Source: an uncultured virus (IMG/VR IMGVR_UViG_2860823798_000002)
Lineage: Duplodnaviria > Heunggongvirae > Uroviricota > Caudoviricetes
IMG/VR virus record: IMGVR_UViG_2860823798_000002
Reading direction: 5' to 3' (one strand)
Length of the DNA: 63,823 nt
Shown piece after piece: positions 1 through 10,252 of the stretch. A program made the position numbers and the translations under genes. A model generated the notes under the pieces. That model saw only the letters and a program-made list of their open reading frames with translations, was not told where the DNA came from and did no database searches. Each line of letters opens with the position of its first letter. Positions within the stretch are counted from its first letter, which is position 1.

Positions 1-8
1 CAGATCGA

Positions 9-1352
9 ATGACTATTGCGTTGTATGAAAAAGCTAATCATTTGAAAAGACAAATGTTAAAGTATGAAAAGTTTGACGATTCAGTTAAAAAGCTAGCCTA
101 TGAGATTTATTGTGAATTAGAGCAAAAACCTGATTATAGTAAGTCAAATAATCAAAAGGTTAAACGAGCTGAAGATGAAGAAATTAATTTAAATTTCTTT
201 TCAAATAGAGAGCGAGTAGATTTTTTAATTGAATGGACATTAGATTTATCGCCGATCCTCAATATCATTAATGAGCACTGTGTTTTTCCTTTAGAACAGA
301 CTTGTGATAATGACTTTGATACTTTTATAAGGAATGTTTATAATGATTATTTCTCAGAACTTCGCAAGCTGCCAGTTACAAGTACGTTTGATTCATCAAT
401 AATTAATCAAATGGAGAAATTCGGACAAAGTATTGTTAATACAATTGAGTTGTATTTAGACGGCTCCCCCAGTGATGCATTTGGCAAGTTTAAAGAAGCG
501 ATGAAAATACTTTCAGAAACTGTTGACATAGAAAAAGTACTTTTGCATGAAAATGATGCAATTCGTGTCCCGGAAACATTTTATAGGATGAGGATTGGCA
601 AAAACGAATTCTTTACTAGAAAAGAGATGTTCTACATTCCATTTGAAAAAAGAGGAATTATACAAACAAATCGATATAGCATTCCAGGATTCCCCTGTCT
701 TTATTTAGGGAGCTCGTCTCTTGTTTGCTGGGAAGAATTAGGAAGGCCTGATTTAAACACAGTCCAAACATCAGCTCTCAATTTAAAAGATTCAAAAATA
801 AAAATAATGGATTTAAGCATATCTCCTAAAGAAGTAGCAGACCGTGTGAAAGAATTCTATGAACTAACCTATGGCGGCAAGACTAAATTTAACTTTAACG
901 ATTTCTTTATGACTTGGGTTTTAATTGCTGCTTGTTCTGTTAAAGTGAGGCATCCAAAGAATGTATTTAAACCAGAATATATTATCCCACAGTTTTTGCT
1001 TGAGTGGATTAGGCAAAGCTCTGACTTCCGAGGAATTTGTTACTTGTCAACAAAATATAAAAGCAACTCATCAAATGACTACACTATTTATAAAAATTAT
1101 GCTTTTCCTGTTCAAACAAGAAAAAAGAAGGGGCATTGTCAAATTCTTCGAGAAGTATTTGAAATATCTGAACCTGTTCCATGGCAGACATTTCAAATTT
1201 ATAGAGGACGACCAGAAACAACTTCTTTGGGTATTTCATTTTATATTGATGAAAGTGTTCAATTGATCGACGATATTGACATTCCTTATAAAGATACAGA
1301 CTTCGGAAGTCTAGAAGAGCTTTTAAAAAGAAAATCCAAAACAATCATCTAA
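9..1352 (+). CDS. RES-domain protein (putative NAD-consuming toxin/defence effector); may start upstream of the window
   Basis: FYRMR...NRYSIPGFPCLYLGSSSLVCWEE...EYIIPQFL...GICYLS matches the RES R/E/S pattern; no in-frame stop before ATG 9. Confidence 0.7.
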   Translation: MTIALYEKANHLKRQMLKYEKFDDSVKKLAYEIYCELEQKPDYSKSNNQKVKRAEDEEINLNFFSNRERVDFLIEWTLDLSPILNIINEHCVFPLEQTCDNDFDTFIRNVYNDYFSELRKLPVTSTFDSSIINQMEKFGQSIVNTIELYLDGSPSDAFGKFKEAMKILSETVDIEKVLLHENDAIRVPETFYRMRIGKNEFFTRKEMFYIPFEKRGIIQTNRYSIPGFPCLYLGSSSLVCWEELGRPDLNTVQTSALNLKDSKIKIMDLSISPKEVADRVKEFYELTYGGKTKFNFNDFFMTWVLIAACSVKVRHPKNVFKPEYIIPQFLLEWIRQSSDFRGICYLSTKYKSNSSNDYTIYKNYAFPVQTRKKKGHCQILREVFEISEPVPWQTFQIYRGRPETTSLGISFYIDESVQLIDDIDIPYKDTDFGSLEELLKRKSKTII

Positions 1353-1380
1353 GTTTAAAATAAAATGACAATTTTAAAGG

Positions 1381-1659
1381 GTGTTAACTATGAGAGTTAA
1401 TCGAAATCCGTTAAGGGAAATAATAGGAACAATACAGGTTAAATTTTCACCTGGCGGTATTTCAATACCAATGGAAGTTTATGAATGTGGACATTATGCT
1501 CCTCCAAAACAAGACATAATAGGCGAATACAATGCGGTAAGAAGAAGATGCGCGAAATGTGGAAGTGGGAAACCTCGAAGTGGGAAACCTCCTCAACTAA
1601 CAAATTTCGAAATAAAACAAATTAAGAACGGTAAACGATTGTTGAAGATAGAAGGATAG
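1381..1659 (+). CDS. small Cys/His-containing hypothetical protein
   Basis: ECGH...RCAKC; contains a 15-bp tandem duplication at 1562-1591. Confidence 0.6.
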   Translation: MLTMRVNRNPLREIIGTIQVKFSPGGISIPMEVYECGHYAPPKQDIIGEYNAVRRRCAKCGSGKPRSGKPPQLTNFEIKQIKNGKRLLKIEG

Positions 1660-1861
1660 ACCGAATTTTAATATGTGATGTTACGAGTAATTTTGTATGA
1701 TGGTGAGACGCTTTTAAACTCTCCTTCAATTGGGTGGAATCTCAACTCGATAGACGCTATCAATGAAACTCTAAATGATACAGGTGATTTGCATACAAAG
1801 GAAAACGGGTGGCAGCGTCTTTCTACTAATGATATTAAGACATTTCGAGAGGGGATACCTT

Positions 1862-2791
1862 ATGTTCAAACATAACGAGATTAATAAAATCAAAGAAAGT
1901 TTTGATGACTTAAAAAATTCAGATTATATACCTATTCCATTTATCGATAAACAATTAAACGAAGTAAGAAGAAAAGACGAGAATGACTTCGAAACGTTCA
2001 GACCTGATTTTTCTAATTTTGATTATAATGCAGTTATTGGTTGGGAAGGTCAATCATATTATTATGGTTATAAAGAAGGTTTCTTTAATATTGCCCATAT
2101 GGCAATAATGTATGCCAAGCATCAGTCTGACACGTTGGTTTATCCGATTATTTTTAATTACAGGCATTATTTAGAGCTCGTGTTAAAGGAGAATATATTA
2201 AGGTTCGAAATTTTTTTTCGTCTTCCTATATCTGTGAATATAAACCATGATTTGAATTATTTATTAAATCAACTAATCGAAATATTAGAGACGTATAAAC
2301 TTGGTTTTTTAATTAGTCCAATGCAAAAAAAAGTTATTCAGGATTTTCATCACATTGATAGTAATAACGATGCTTTTCGATTCGTTTATAATTTACAAGG
2401 GAATCTTAACCACAAGTACGATCACAACACAATTAACCTATTGAGTTTACATTATACAATGAATGAAGTATACAATGATTTTAAAGCCATTGATTATCTT
2501 TTTGAGGGCTTCTTCTATGATAGTTATTTGGAGCCTGAATACGAAGGATTAATTGTAGCATTACGTCATTATTTAGAAGATAAAAAAAATAAAAAAGGTA
2601 TTAATTCTTTTAATAAACTTAGCGGAATAGTGTTAAGATTTGAATACAAGTTTGCTGATGACAAAATCTTTAAATTTGATAGTGTAAACCTACTAAGTGA
2701 TAATGAATATAAAGTAGAATGTAAGATCTTTCCCTTAACTATCATCATAACTGTCAAAGACCAAAAAATCGAATCCATGAGATTAAAATGA
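1862..2791 (+). CDS. hypothetical helical protein, possibly HEPN-like
   Basis: Start moved to ATG 1862 (SD GAGGGG upstream); motifs YPIIFNYRHYLELVLK, HDL and DAFRF. Confidence 0.5.
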   Translation: MFKHNEINKIKESFDDLKNSDYIPIPFIDKQLNEVRRKDENDFETFRPDFSNFDYNAVIGWEGQSYYYGYKEGFFNIAHMAIMYAKHQSDTLVYPIIFNYRHYLELVLKENILRFEIFFRLPISVNINHDLNYLLNQLIEILETYKLGFLISPMQKKVIQDFHHIDSNNDAFRFVYNLQGNLNHKYDHNTINLLSLHYTMNEVYNDFKAIDYLFEGFFYDSYLEPEYEGLIVALRHYLEDKKNKKGINSFNKLSGIVLRFEYKFADDKIFKFDSVNLLSDNEYKVECKIFPLTIIITVKDQKIESMRLK

Positions 2792-2928
2792 TTCAACTAC
2801 CTTTAGATATTCGTGTAAATAGGGTATATAACTCGTTAAAAGAAGCATTTTAATCAGTTTAGTGCAACCTTTCCTATTTCGATCCGTAAGATAGGTAAAT
2901 GTGTTAAACCAAATATAAGGGGGATACT

Positions 2929-3867
2929 TTGCCAATGGGGAGAGGTAACGCTAATTTTGAAAAAGCACTTTATGAAGCTTCAAACGGCAAAATGTTGGAG
3001 ATGCAAGCGGAAAATGTAACTGAAGAAATGAAAGCAAGGAGGCAGATTTTTTATTGTCCAACTCCAAAATGTGAAGCGAAACTAAGCCATAATAAAGGTC
3101 GTGGTAAAAATCCAAAGCCATATTTTTTTCTTCGAAAATTGCCCAACGGTGAAAAAAATACACATGCAAAAGGCTGTAAATTTTATATATTAGATGAATA
3201 TGTTGATATAGAAGAAACTGTTAAGATCAGAAATAAATATGATGGAGTGAAATGGGAAGTGCCCTTGGAAGATGGTGATTATCCTCAATCCAATACCAAT
3301 AAAAGTAAAACAAATGTTCCTACTATACAACCCAGCCGCAACAAAAATATTTCATATTCAAGGTCTATTAAACCCAATATCATGAGAATAAATAATACGC
3401 GCGCGTGTCTTGCTTTACGTAATGAACTAATTCATGAAGAAGCAGAAATAAGGCAGAAAATAAATCAGGAATTAAAAGACCAGGGGATTTTGTATAACAC
3501 GTACTTGTATGACAAGTTGTTGATGGACATTAAAAATATGTCATATAAAAAAGCATTTTATGTACTGGGTTACCTTTGGATATCCGAATGGAAACATTTC
3601 AAGAATTCAGAAAATCCACATTTTTTATTGAGAGGTGCAAATAAACAAATTGCAAAGTGCCATTTTGCCAAAGATGATGTTCAATATGATGTAAGTGATT
3701 TGACATGGGATATGCAGAAAAATATTAAGACGGATTCAAAAGCAAGAAGGTCTACTTTTGTAGCTGTTAAAGCAGCTGTTAGAGGCACAGAAGTTCTAAA
3801 TGTAAATGGGAAAGAAATAGAAGTGTCCTCATTAACAATATATGAAATAGGAACGGAGGATGATTAA
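2929..3867 (+). CDS. hypothetical protein with N-terminal Zn-ribbon (CoiA-N-like)
   Basis: FYCPTPKC...PYFF...HAKGC; SD AAGGGGG. Confidence 0.6.
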   Translation: MPMGRGNANFEKALYEASNGKMLEMQAENVTEEMKARRQIFYCPTPKCEAKLSHNKGRGKNPKPYFFLRKLPNGEKNTHAKGCKFYILDEYVDIEETVKIRNKYDGVKWEVPLEDGDYPQSNTNKSKTNVPTIQPSRNKNISYSRSIKPNIMRINNTRACLALRNELIHEEAEIRQKINQELKDQGILYNTYLYDKLLMDIKNMSYKKAFYVLGYLWISEWKHFKNSENPHFLLRGANKQIAKCHFAKDDVQYDVSDLTWDMQKNIKTDSKARRSTFVAVKAAVRGTEVLNVNGKEIEVSSLTIYEIGTEDD

Positions 3868-3872
3868 TGATA

Positions 3873-3898
3873 AAGAAGAGCCATCAAATGCTCTTCTT
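3873..3898. terminator. hairpin between convergent genes
   Basis: AAGAAGAGC-catcaaat-GCTCTTCTT. Confidence 0.6.
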
Positions 3899-4063
3899 CA
3901 TCCCGCACCGACGACATTCACGTAAAAACACTCCATCTTTAACTGAACTTTTGAAAAGGGTGTAGTCACAATTGTCACAGCGGCCATAATGTGCGTCTGG
4001 ATACTCCTTGTAATCATAGACAATTGAAGTATCATAACCCTTTGTTTCAAACTCTTTCTCCAT
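3884..4063 (-). CDS. 59-aa Zn-ribbon protein (not in ORF track)
   Basis: MEKEFETKGYDTSIVYDY...CDNC...ECRRCGMKKSI; SD GAAGGTG. Confidence 0.75.
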   Translation of the reverse strand: MEKEFETKGYDTSIVYDYKEYPDAHYGRCDNCDYTLFKSSVKDGVFLRECRRCGMKKSI

Positions 4064-4232
4064 GAAATCACCTTCATAAAATAAAGTCAGCTTTATAAGA
4101 ATAACAAACCTTGATACTCAAATATAGATCTATTTTAAAGAAATGGGGAGACCAAATGAAATTACCTAAGTTAAAATTGATATCGAATGGAATGAATTTA
4201 GCAGTGGTAAAAGGATTGAAGGTATTGAAGGC

Positions 4233-4571
4233 TTGATGGAAGCCAACAAATTAAACAACAATGATTTTAACTACTTTTTTGAATTGCATGAAGATGAAAA
4301 TGCTGTAGTTTTTGTGAACGTTGCAGGTTATGAGCTTGAGAAAGAAGATATTGAAAGTGGTGTTGGACGAGTTTTTCAAACTGAAACTGCAATAATTATC
4401 AAAAATGCGAACAATGTAAAGCTAATCAATGAACTGCGTTTTGGTGGTGATTATAATGGAGACATGCTTGATGAATTGAATAACTTGTTAAAAGATAAAC
4501 CTGTTTGGACATTGGATAACGGCTATGATCCTTTCGGATATTCTTGGTACAACTACATCGATGAAAAATAA
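4233..4571 (+). CDS. hypothetical protein
   Basis: 112-aa ORF; start uncertain. Confidence 0.5.
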   Translation: MMEANKLNNNDFNYFFELHEDENAVVFVNVAGYELEKEDIESGVGRVFQTETAIIIKNANNVKLINELRFGGDYNGDMLDELNNLLKDKPVWTLDNGYDPFGYSWYNYIDEK

Positions 4572-4866
4572 AGCATTATCGCTCAAAATACTAATTAAAA
4601 GAATAAATTAAATATTAATCAGACATAACAGCCGCCGACAATGTAAGCGGCCAATTTAATCAAATTAAAACAAATTAAAAGTGTAAACGAGGAGTGATTG
4701 AGTTGACTATTGAAAATTGGAGAGACAGTTTAATCTTTATTGGTGTTATGAGTTTGGGGTTGACTGCGCTTATATTATCTCTTGCACATTTCGGCCAATA
4801 ATTCTTTACTTTGTTGTATAATGGTAATCAGATAAAATAATCATTTTACGTAGAGAAGGGTTAATT

Positions 4867-5243
4867 TTGGTACTCAAAGAAAGAGGGCAAATAGATCAAG
4901 AATTTGGTGCTGAAGAAATCGCTGATTATTTAAGATTAAGAGGCTTTAAGCCGAAAGTAGATGTAATGCATTTTGGAGACCATTTCGGGGGAAGCATACC
5001 TTTTGGCACAGACTCAGAAGATATTATATAGCTCTTGTTCAGTTTGATAAACCAGGAGATAAAGATCCATTAAGCAGCAAAAGTGGTTTTACTCAATTAG
5101 GAATGGATTCTAAAGGACGAGCGGAAGAGATAATGATGCATTTGGTAGCATACTTTAATGGATGGTATCGTACAAATAAGGAGCCATTCCCTGAGGAAGA
5201 AGAATGGCTTAACTTATATCTTGAATACAATGAAAATGAATAA
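4867..5243 (+). pseudogene. frameshifted hypothetical gene bracketed by palindromes 4833 and 5241
   Basis: SD GAGAAGGG + TTG 4867; frame stops at ~5030, and a shifted frame from ~5020 stays open to TAA 5241-5243. Confidence 0.55.
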
Positions 5244-5296
5244 AAACATCGTTTTATTAAGTTTTAAACAAGGCATAATGCAAAAGGGGAAGCAAT

Positions 5297-6727
5297 ATGG
5301 TAAAAACACTGAAATGTGAGTCTTTAGACACTTTTGAAGTTATGGGATTATGGTGGACAGATGAGTACCCTGAGAAATTAACAGGGACTCTAAAATATTC
5401 ACCTAGAAACATCACTTTAGAATTAATAGGTGTAATAGGGGATGATGATTTTTTCGGTTCCGAAAATAAAATACCGGAAACAATTTATGGCTTGTCTGTT
5501 AAAGGTGAAAAGTTTAAAGTTGATGTTCTAGTAAGAGTAAAAGTCGAAACGAATATTCCGGGAATTCCTACAGAAATTTATAGAATTAAAAGCTTTATTG
5601 CAGGAAATTATATAGAAGAGTTTCCACAAGACTTTGATTATGCAGAATTACTCACTGATGAATTGACGAGATGGATAGGTAAACGAGGATTCAAAGAGTC
5701 TGATGAAAGAGAAAAAAAATCAGTTGAATATTATACTCCAACTGTCTATAAATATAATATTCCTTGTATTGATGCGTCTATATCTGAAATTCACACTTTA
5801 AATACTAAACGAAATTACAAGTACAGTGATCAAGTTTCACTTTCTCATACGTCGAGCTTTAGAATTAGACCTACTACAGAAAAGGATCTCAATTGGTTTT
5901 TAGATAAAATTCAATCAATTGTTCAATTTTTAAATCTCATACTTCATCAGCCACTCTCAAATATAAATATAAAATTAATAAAAAGTGGTGAATCTTTCCC
6001 TTATACTTTTAAATATTTTACAATCCCGGATAATACAAGTATAGGTAGTAGCAATCTTAAAAAAAGATTTTTCTTTAAATACAATGAAATTCAAGGACAG
6101 TTCGAGAATATTCTTAATAAATGGTTTGAGAAAAAGGAAAGCTTAAATACTATTATCAGTTTATACCTAAGTAGCTTTAAAGATGAATATATTGAGTCTA
6201 AGTTCATTAAAGCTGTTCAAGCTTTAGAGATATTTCATAGAAGGTTCCGGGAAGACACCCAGATTAACGAACAGGTTTACACTGAAAATGTAGATAAAAT
6301 CAGAGAGTTCATTGAAGTAAATATTGAAAATGTAGAAGCTAAAAAGTTATTCTTAGATAAATTCAAACATGGGAACGAATATAATTTAGGCAAACGATTG
6401 AGAAGTTTATTGAAAGAATTATTAGAAGAAACGAATAGATATATTATTGGAAACAGCAGGAATAAGACTAGGTTTATCCAACAAGTAGTCGAAACACGAA
6501 ACTATTTAACACATTATGATCAGTCTCAAAAAATACAGATATTGCATGACCCTCATGAAAAATACTATGCATCATTCAGGTTAACATTAATTCTTGCAAT
6601 AATAATACTGAAAGAGCTTGGAATTGATGAAAAGCGAATTTTAACTAATTTACAAGACCCACATTCAGAATTTGAATTTATTTTGAATTCCGCAAAGAAA
6701 TTTTTGAACAAAGAAACTAAAGTTTAA
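5297..6727 (+). CDS. ApeA-like protein (ApeA N-terminal domain + HEPN RNase), putative anti-phage
   Basis: N-terminal GLWW...LTGTLKY...LELIG; C-terminal QALEIFHR and HEPN Rx4H motif RNYLTH. Confidence 0.75.
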   Translation: MVKTLKCESLDTFEVMGLWWTDEYPEKLTGTLKYSPRNITLELIGVIGDDDFFGSENKIPETIYGLSVKGEKFKVDVLVRVKVETNIPGIPTEIYRIKSFIAGNYIEEFPQDFDYAELLTDELTRWIGKRGFKESDEREKKSVEYYTPTVYKYNIPCIDASISEIHTLNTKRNYKYSDQVSLSHTSSFRIRPTTEKDLNWFLDKIQSIVQFLNLILHQPLSNINIKLIKSGESFPYTFKYFTIPDNTSIGSSNLKKRFFFKYNEIQGQFENILNKWFEKKESLNTIISLYLSSFKDEYIESKFIKAVQALEIFHRRFREDTQINEQVYTENVDKIREFIEVNIENVEAKKLFLDKFKHGNEYNLGKRLRSLLKELLEETNRYIIGNSRNKTRFIQQVVETRNYLTHYDQSQKIQILHDPHEKYYASFRLTLILAIIILKELGIDEKRILTNLQDPHSEFEFILNSAKKFLNKETKV

Positions 6728-6856
6728 ATAAAATAATTGTTTCATTGAAGGAATGAAAATGAAGCTAAATCAATCCTAGAAGAGATTGAAGCAAAAGGTG
6801 CAGAAACAAAGGTTTTTTGTGAACAGAACTGTGGACTTAAATCGGAGTGAAAGCTA

Positions 6857-7408
6857 TTGACAGACACTATATTAGCAGGAATAATCGGTGCAACAGTTGC
6901 AGGAATTGTTCCGTTCATTATTTATTTACTAACAGAGACTAAGAAAAAGCAAGAGAGAAGATTAGAAGCTTTATACGATATTCACAAGGAGCTTGAATCA
7001 TTTGTATTTAAAAGTGATGATCTTAAGTTTGAATTAGAGCGAGCTTCTACTTTTGAAAATTTAATTGAAAAAATTAAAGAGATCAATGAATTCTTTACAA
7101 CTCATTTTTTTGACAAAAAAAGAAAAATGACTCATTCAGCATTATTTATAGATTCCGAGGTATATAATCAAACTTTAGATTTTTTTGAAGAAACTTTTAA
7201 AGAACTCAAACAAATGCAAACGGAATTTGCTTATAAAAAAACTTCCTCAGAACAACCTTCTGAGAAAATTGAACAATATAATAAATTGTATCTATTTGGA
7301 TTAAGCGCAATTGGGGACAATGGGGAAAAACTTAATGACTTAATTAAAAATAAAACAAATTATTATTATCAGAAACATTATCCAGCATGGAAGTTTTGGT
7401 TAAAATAA
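6857..7408 (+). CDS. hypothetical protein with N-terminal TM helix
   Basis: ILAGIIGATVAGIVPFIIYLL followed by a helical domain. Confidence 0.7.
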   Translation: MTDTILAGIIGATVAGIVPFIIYLLTETKKKQERRLEALYDIHKELESFVFKSDDLKFELERASTFENLIEKIKEINEFFTTHFFDKKRKMTHSALFIDSEVYNQTLDFFEETFKELKQMQTEFAYKKTSSEQPSEKIEQYNKLYLFGLSAIGDNGEKLNDLIKNKTNYYYQKHYPAWKFWLK

Positions 7409-7435
7409 ATATTTCTAATCATTTGGAGGTGTTTC

Positions 7436-7651
7436 ATGAGAGACGATGAGCGAATTAACAGAATTGCAGGGGTGATTACTCAAATATGGGAGCAGCAGCA
7501 CGACAAAAGCTTTTTGCAACTCATTGAGACTTTGAAAAGTGACTACATTATGCGGCAGACTGGATATGTAGAGAAAGAAGTCTTTATTAGGGATGATGAG
7601 TTTGAGATGTTCCTAAAAGAGCATCTTAATAACGTAATAGGAGAGAGGTAG
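7436..7651 (+). CDS. small phage protein
   Basis: MRDDERINRI...W; SD GGAGGTG. Confidence 0.7.
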   Translation: MRDDERINRIAGVITQIWEQQHDKSFLQLIETLKSDYIMRQTGYVEKEVFIRDDEFEMFLKEHLNNVIGER

Positions 7652-7839
7652 ACTTAACAATAAAATTGTTCCTTTTATACATGAAAGGAAATACATTGAT
7701 AAAAATGATTATATTGTAACAAAAGGTGTTTACATACATTATACTATAGGTTAATATAATCTTGTGTTTTAGTGAGAAGGGGGGGGAATGAGGTTATTTA
7801 TTTGAATTTTTAAATATTGTTTGTGAGAAGGAAGCCTGA

Positions 7840-8772
7840 ATGAAAAGATCGAAGATTGTGTTTCTATTTGTTTCTTGCTTATTTGTGATTTTTGCAGTTG
7901 GCTTATATTTGATGTGTATTGGTGATATTTCTAAAGATAGGAGTGCTACATCTAGTACAAATAAGAAAGAAGACCTGATGTGGGGGTATGAAATTATTGG
8001 CCAAGAAGCGCGCAATAATGATACAGAGCCTGTCAAAATAGCTATTCTTGATAGTGGCATTAATAAGTCACATAAAGAGTTTAATAATATAACCTTTTAT
8101 GAATACAATGCTATTGCCCCTAGTAAATCCGTTAAAGATGAGTATGGTCACGGTACAGCAATTGCTGGAATAATAGCTGCAGGCGGTGAAGAGATAAAAG
8201 GGATTTCACAGAATGCTACTTTATATGATGTTAAAGTACTAGATAGTAGTGGCAAAGGCAAAGTTAAGGATGTTGTTAGGGGAATCAATTGGTGTATTGA
8301 ACAAAAAATAGACATTATTAATATAAGCTTTGGATTTGAAAAAGACTACGATGACTTGCGTAATGCTATTAACAATGCTTTACATAACAACATAATTATT
8401 ACTGCTGCCTCTGGAAATACTTTAGGCCTTACTGTTGAATACCCAGCGAAATATAGAGGAGTCTTATCTATTTCCTCTTTTGATGAAAAATTGAAAATTG
8501 ATCCGGTATCAGCAAAAGGCAAAATTGATTTTTCAGCTCCAGGAGTAAATATAAAATCAATAAATAAAGACGGAAGTTATATAAAGTTAGGAGGCACATC
8601 CTTTGCAACTGCGTTTGCAACTGGTGCTATTGGCTGTTTAATTTCAAAAAAGAAAATATCTAAAGAAAATTTTCATCAAACACTCAAGAAGTATGCGGTT
8701 GATTTAGGTAGTTCCGGGTATGACAAAGAGTTTGGTCATGGAATGATTATTTGTAACAAAGGAGAGAAGTAG
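7840..8772 (+). CDS. S8 subtilisin-family serine protease with N-terminal signal/anchor
   Basis: Catalytic triad AILDSG, HGTAIAG, GTSFAT; oxyanion AASGN. Confidence 0.95.
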   Translation: MKRSKIVFLFVSCLFVIFAVGLYLMCIGDISKDRSATSSTNKKEDLMWGYEIIGQEARNNDTEPVKIAILDSGINKSHKEFNNITFYEYNAIAPSKSVKDEYGHGTAIAGIIAAGGEEIKGISQNATLYDVKVLDSSGKGKVKDVVRGINWCIEQKIDIINISFGFEKDYDDLRNAINNALHNNIIITAASGNTLGLTVEYPAKYRGVLSISSFDEKLKIDPVSAKGKIDFSAPGVNIKSINKDGSYIKLGGTSFATAFATGAIGCLISKKKISKENFHQTLKKYAVDLGSSGYDKEFGHGMIICNKGEK

Positions 8773-8773
8773 T

Positions 8774-9634
8774 GTGAAAAAGACTTTAATAAGAATTCTT
8801 ATATTTACGTTAGTTTTATCTGGGGTTTTACCTGGGTTTGCAAGCGCAGAAACAATTGAAAATAAAATTGAGAACGATACCAAAACTGTAGGTATTGAAG
8901 AAAATACAAATAAAGCGTATGAAGTAAATGTTGAAAAAGAGTTTGGGGTTGCTCTTGAAAAAGATATTGAGATGGCTGTTGAAGAAAATTCAGATGAAGT
9001 GAATGTTACTACTAAGCTTGAAGCTGAGAATGCTAATATTCAAACTGATATGAATATTAATCAGGAAACCGGTGAAATCACAGTTACTGGTATTAGAGAA
9101 TTAGAAAACGGTAAAAAAGAAATTAACCATTACAATGTATTGATTGAAGAGATTGAGGGGACTGATTTTAAAGCTACGTTTGTGGATCAAAAAACGGGCG
9201 AACATTATAAAATTAGCACCTTAGAAGCTCAAGCTTCCATCGTTCCTGCAATAATAGTTGGAGTTGTTGCTAAGTTTGGTATAAAGTGGGCTATTAAAAA
9301 ATACGGGAAAAAACTTATTATAAAAACATTTAAAAAAACAGCAATTAAGCAGGCTATAAAAAAAGTTTCAAAGTTTTCTGTTAGCAATAAACATCTCAGT
9401 AATGCCGGAGGTAGATACAGAAAATTTAATACTACAAGTAAAAGCACAGTGAATAAATGGATAAAGGAGGCTTTACAATCCAAGAATCTTTCCTTTACTA
9501 TAAATGATAATAAAAAATTATCATTTGTCATCACTGCAAATTTAAAAAAGAAAATCGGAACAAAAGGTGAGACAAAAATAAAAATAGTAATAGGATGGGA
9601 TGGTAAGATATGGACGGCGTATCCAATCAAGTAG
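8774..9634 (+). CDS. secreted polymorphic toxin (SAR2788-like) with putative C-terminal RNase domain
   Basis: Signal peptide ending ASA; acidic pro-region; cationic amphipathic helix; basic C-terminus KH...WTAYP. Confidence 0.7.
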   Translation: MKKTLIRILIFTLVLSGVLPGFASAETIENKIENDTKTVGIEENTNKAYEVNVEKEFGVALEKDIEMAVEENSDEVNVTTKLEAENANIQTDMNINQETGEITVTGIRELENGKKEINHYNVLIEEIEGTDFKATFVDQKTGEHYKISTLEAQASIVPAIIVGVVAKFGIKWAIKKYGKKLIIKTFKKTAIKQAIKKVSKFSVSNKHLSNAGGRYRKFNTTSKSTVNKWIKEALQSKNLSFTINDNKKLSFVITANLKKKIGTKGETKIKIVIGWDGKIWTAYPIK

Positions 9635-10080
9635 AATTTATTTATAAGTTCACATCCGAAGAAGCAGATATCCCAAAAAAAATGAAAAAAGACCCTTCAG
9701 CAGCGATGAGAGTTGAGGGGGAATTTAAAATAAAAATAAATGGAATTGTGTATTTCGAAGAAAATATTGCCCTACTAGAGTTTTACGCTTCTTTGAATGA
9801 GTGGATTAAAAAGATCAAGAAAAAAAACAAAGTTGTAGAGTATAGATATTACACCATGGAGTATGAGGAGGACGAGCCCATTATTTCATTGATACCATTT
9901 GACAATAAGGCTCGACTAACGACTATTTGGGAAACTCAACAATTATATAATGTATTTGGCCTTAATTACATTATTGAACAAATGGAAATGCTTCATGAAA
10001 GACTTGGACGAGACATTGAGCACCATTATAAAATTTCATTGAAAAACTTTATTGGAAAGATCCCATTAAGAAAATATTGA
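9610..10080 (+). CDS. putative immunity protein
   Basis: Cytoplasmic 156-aa ORF overlapping the toxin 3' end, followed by a terminator. Confidence 0.65.
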   Translation: MDGVSNQVEFIYKFTSEEADIPKKMKKDPSAAMRVEGEFKIKINGIVYFEENIALLEFYASLNEWIKKIKKKNKVVEYRYYTMEYEEDEPIISLIPFDNKARLTTIWETQQLYNVFGLNYIIEQMEMLHERLGRDIEHHYKISLKNFIGKIPLRKY

Positions 10081-10126
10081 TTGAAGAAAAGAAGCCTTTG
10101 TTTTTTAGGGCTTCTTTTCTTCAATC
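10079..10126. terminator. long hairpin terminator after the toxin operon
   Basis: GATTGAAGAAAAGAAGCC...GGCTTCTTTTCTTCAATC (18-bp inverted repeat). Confidence 0.8.
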
Positions 10127-10200
10127 ATCAGTTATAGTGAAAAGAACTATGTAACGCTTATAAAATACGAATTTTATTAAAACTAATTAAAAGAAATATA

Positions 10201-10229
10201 TTGACCGTTTTGATTTAGAATGCTATTAT
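10201..10229 (+). promoter_or_regulatory. sigA promoter of aimR
   Basis: TTGACC-17-TATTAT with TG extension. Confidence 0.7.
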
Positions 10230-10252
10230 AAACATATATTCTAAGGGGAAAC

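Noticed and set aside
1562..1591. 15-bp tandem duplication GAAGTGGGAAACCTC x2
   Set aside because: In-frame slippage duplication; no further copies.
4082..4095. TAAAG-TCAG-CTTTA palindrome
   Set aside because: Arms and spacer differ from the TAAAA-N6-TTTTA family; not counted.
9229..9630. Antisense and nested ORFs in the track (e.g. 9229-9630, 14678-15079, 34952-35314)
   Set aside because: Shadows of well-supported genes, without recognisable motifs.
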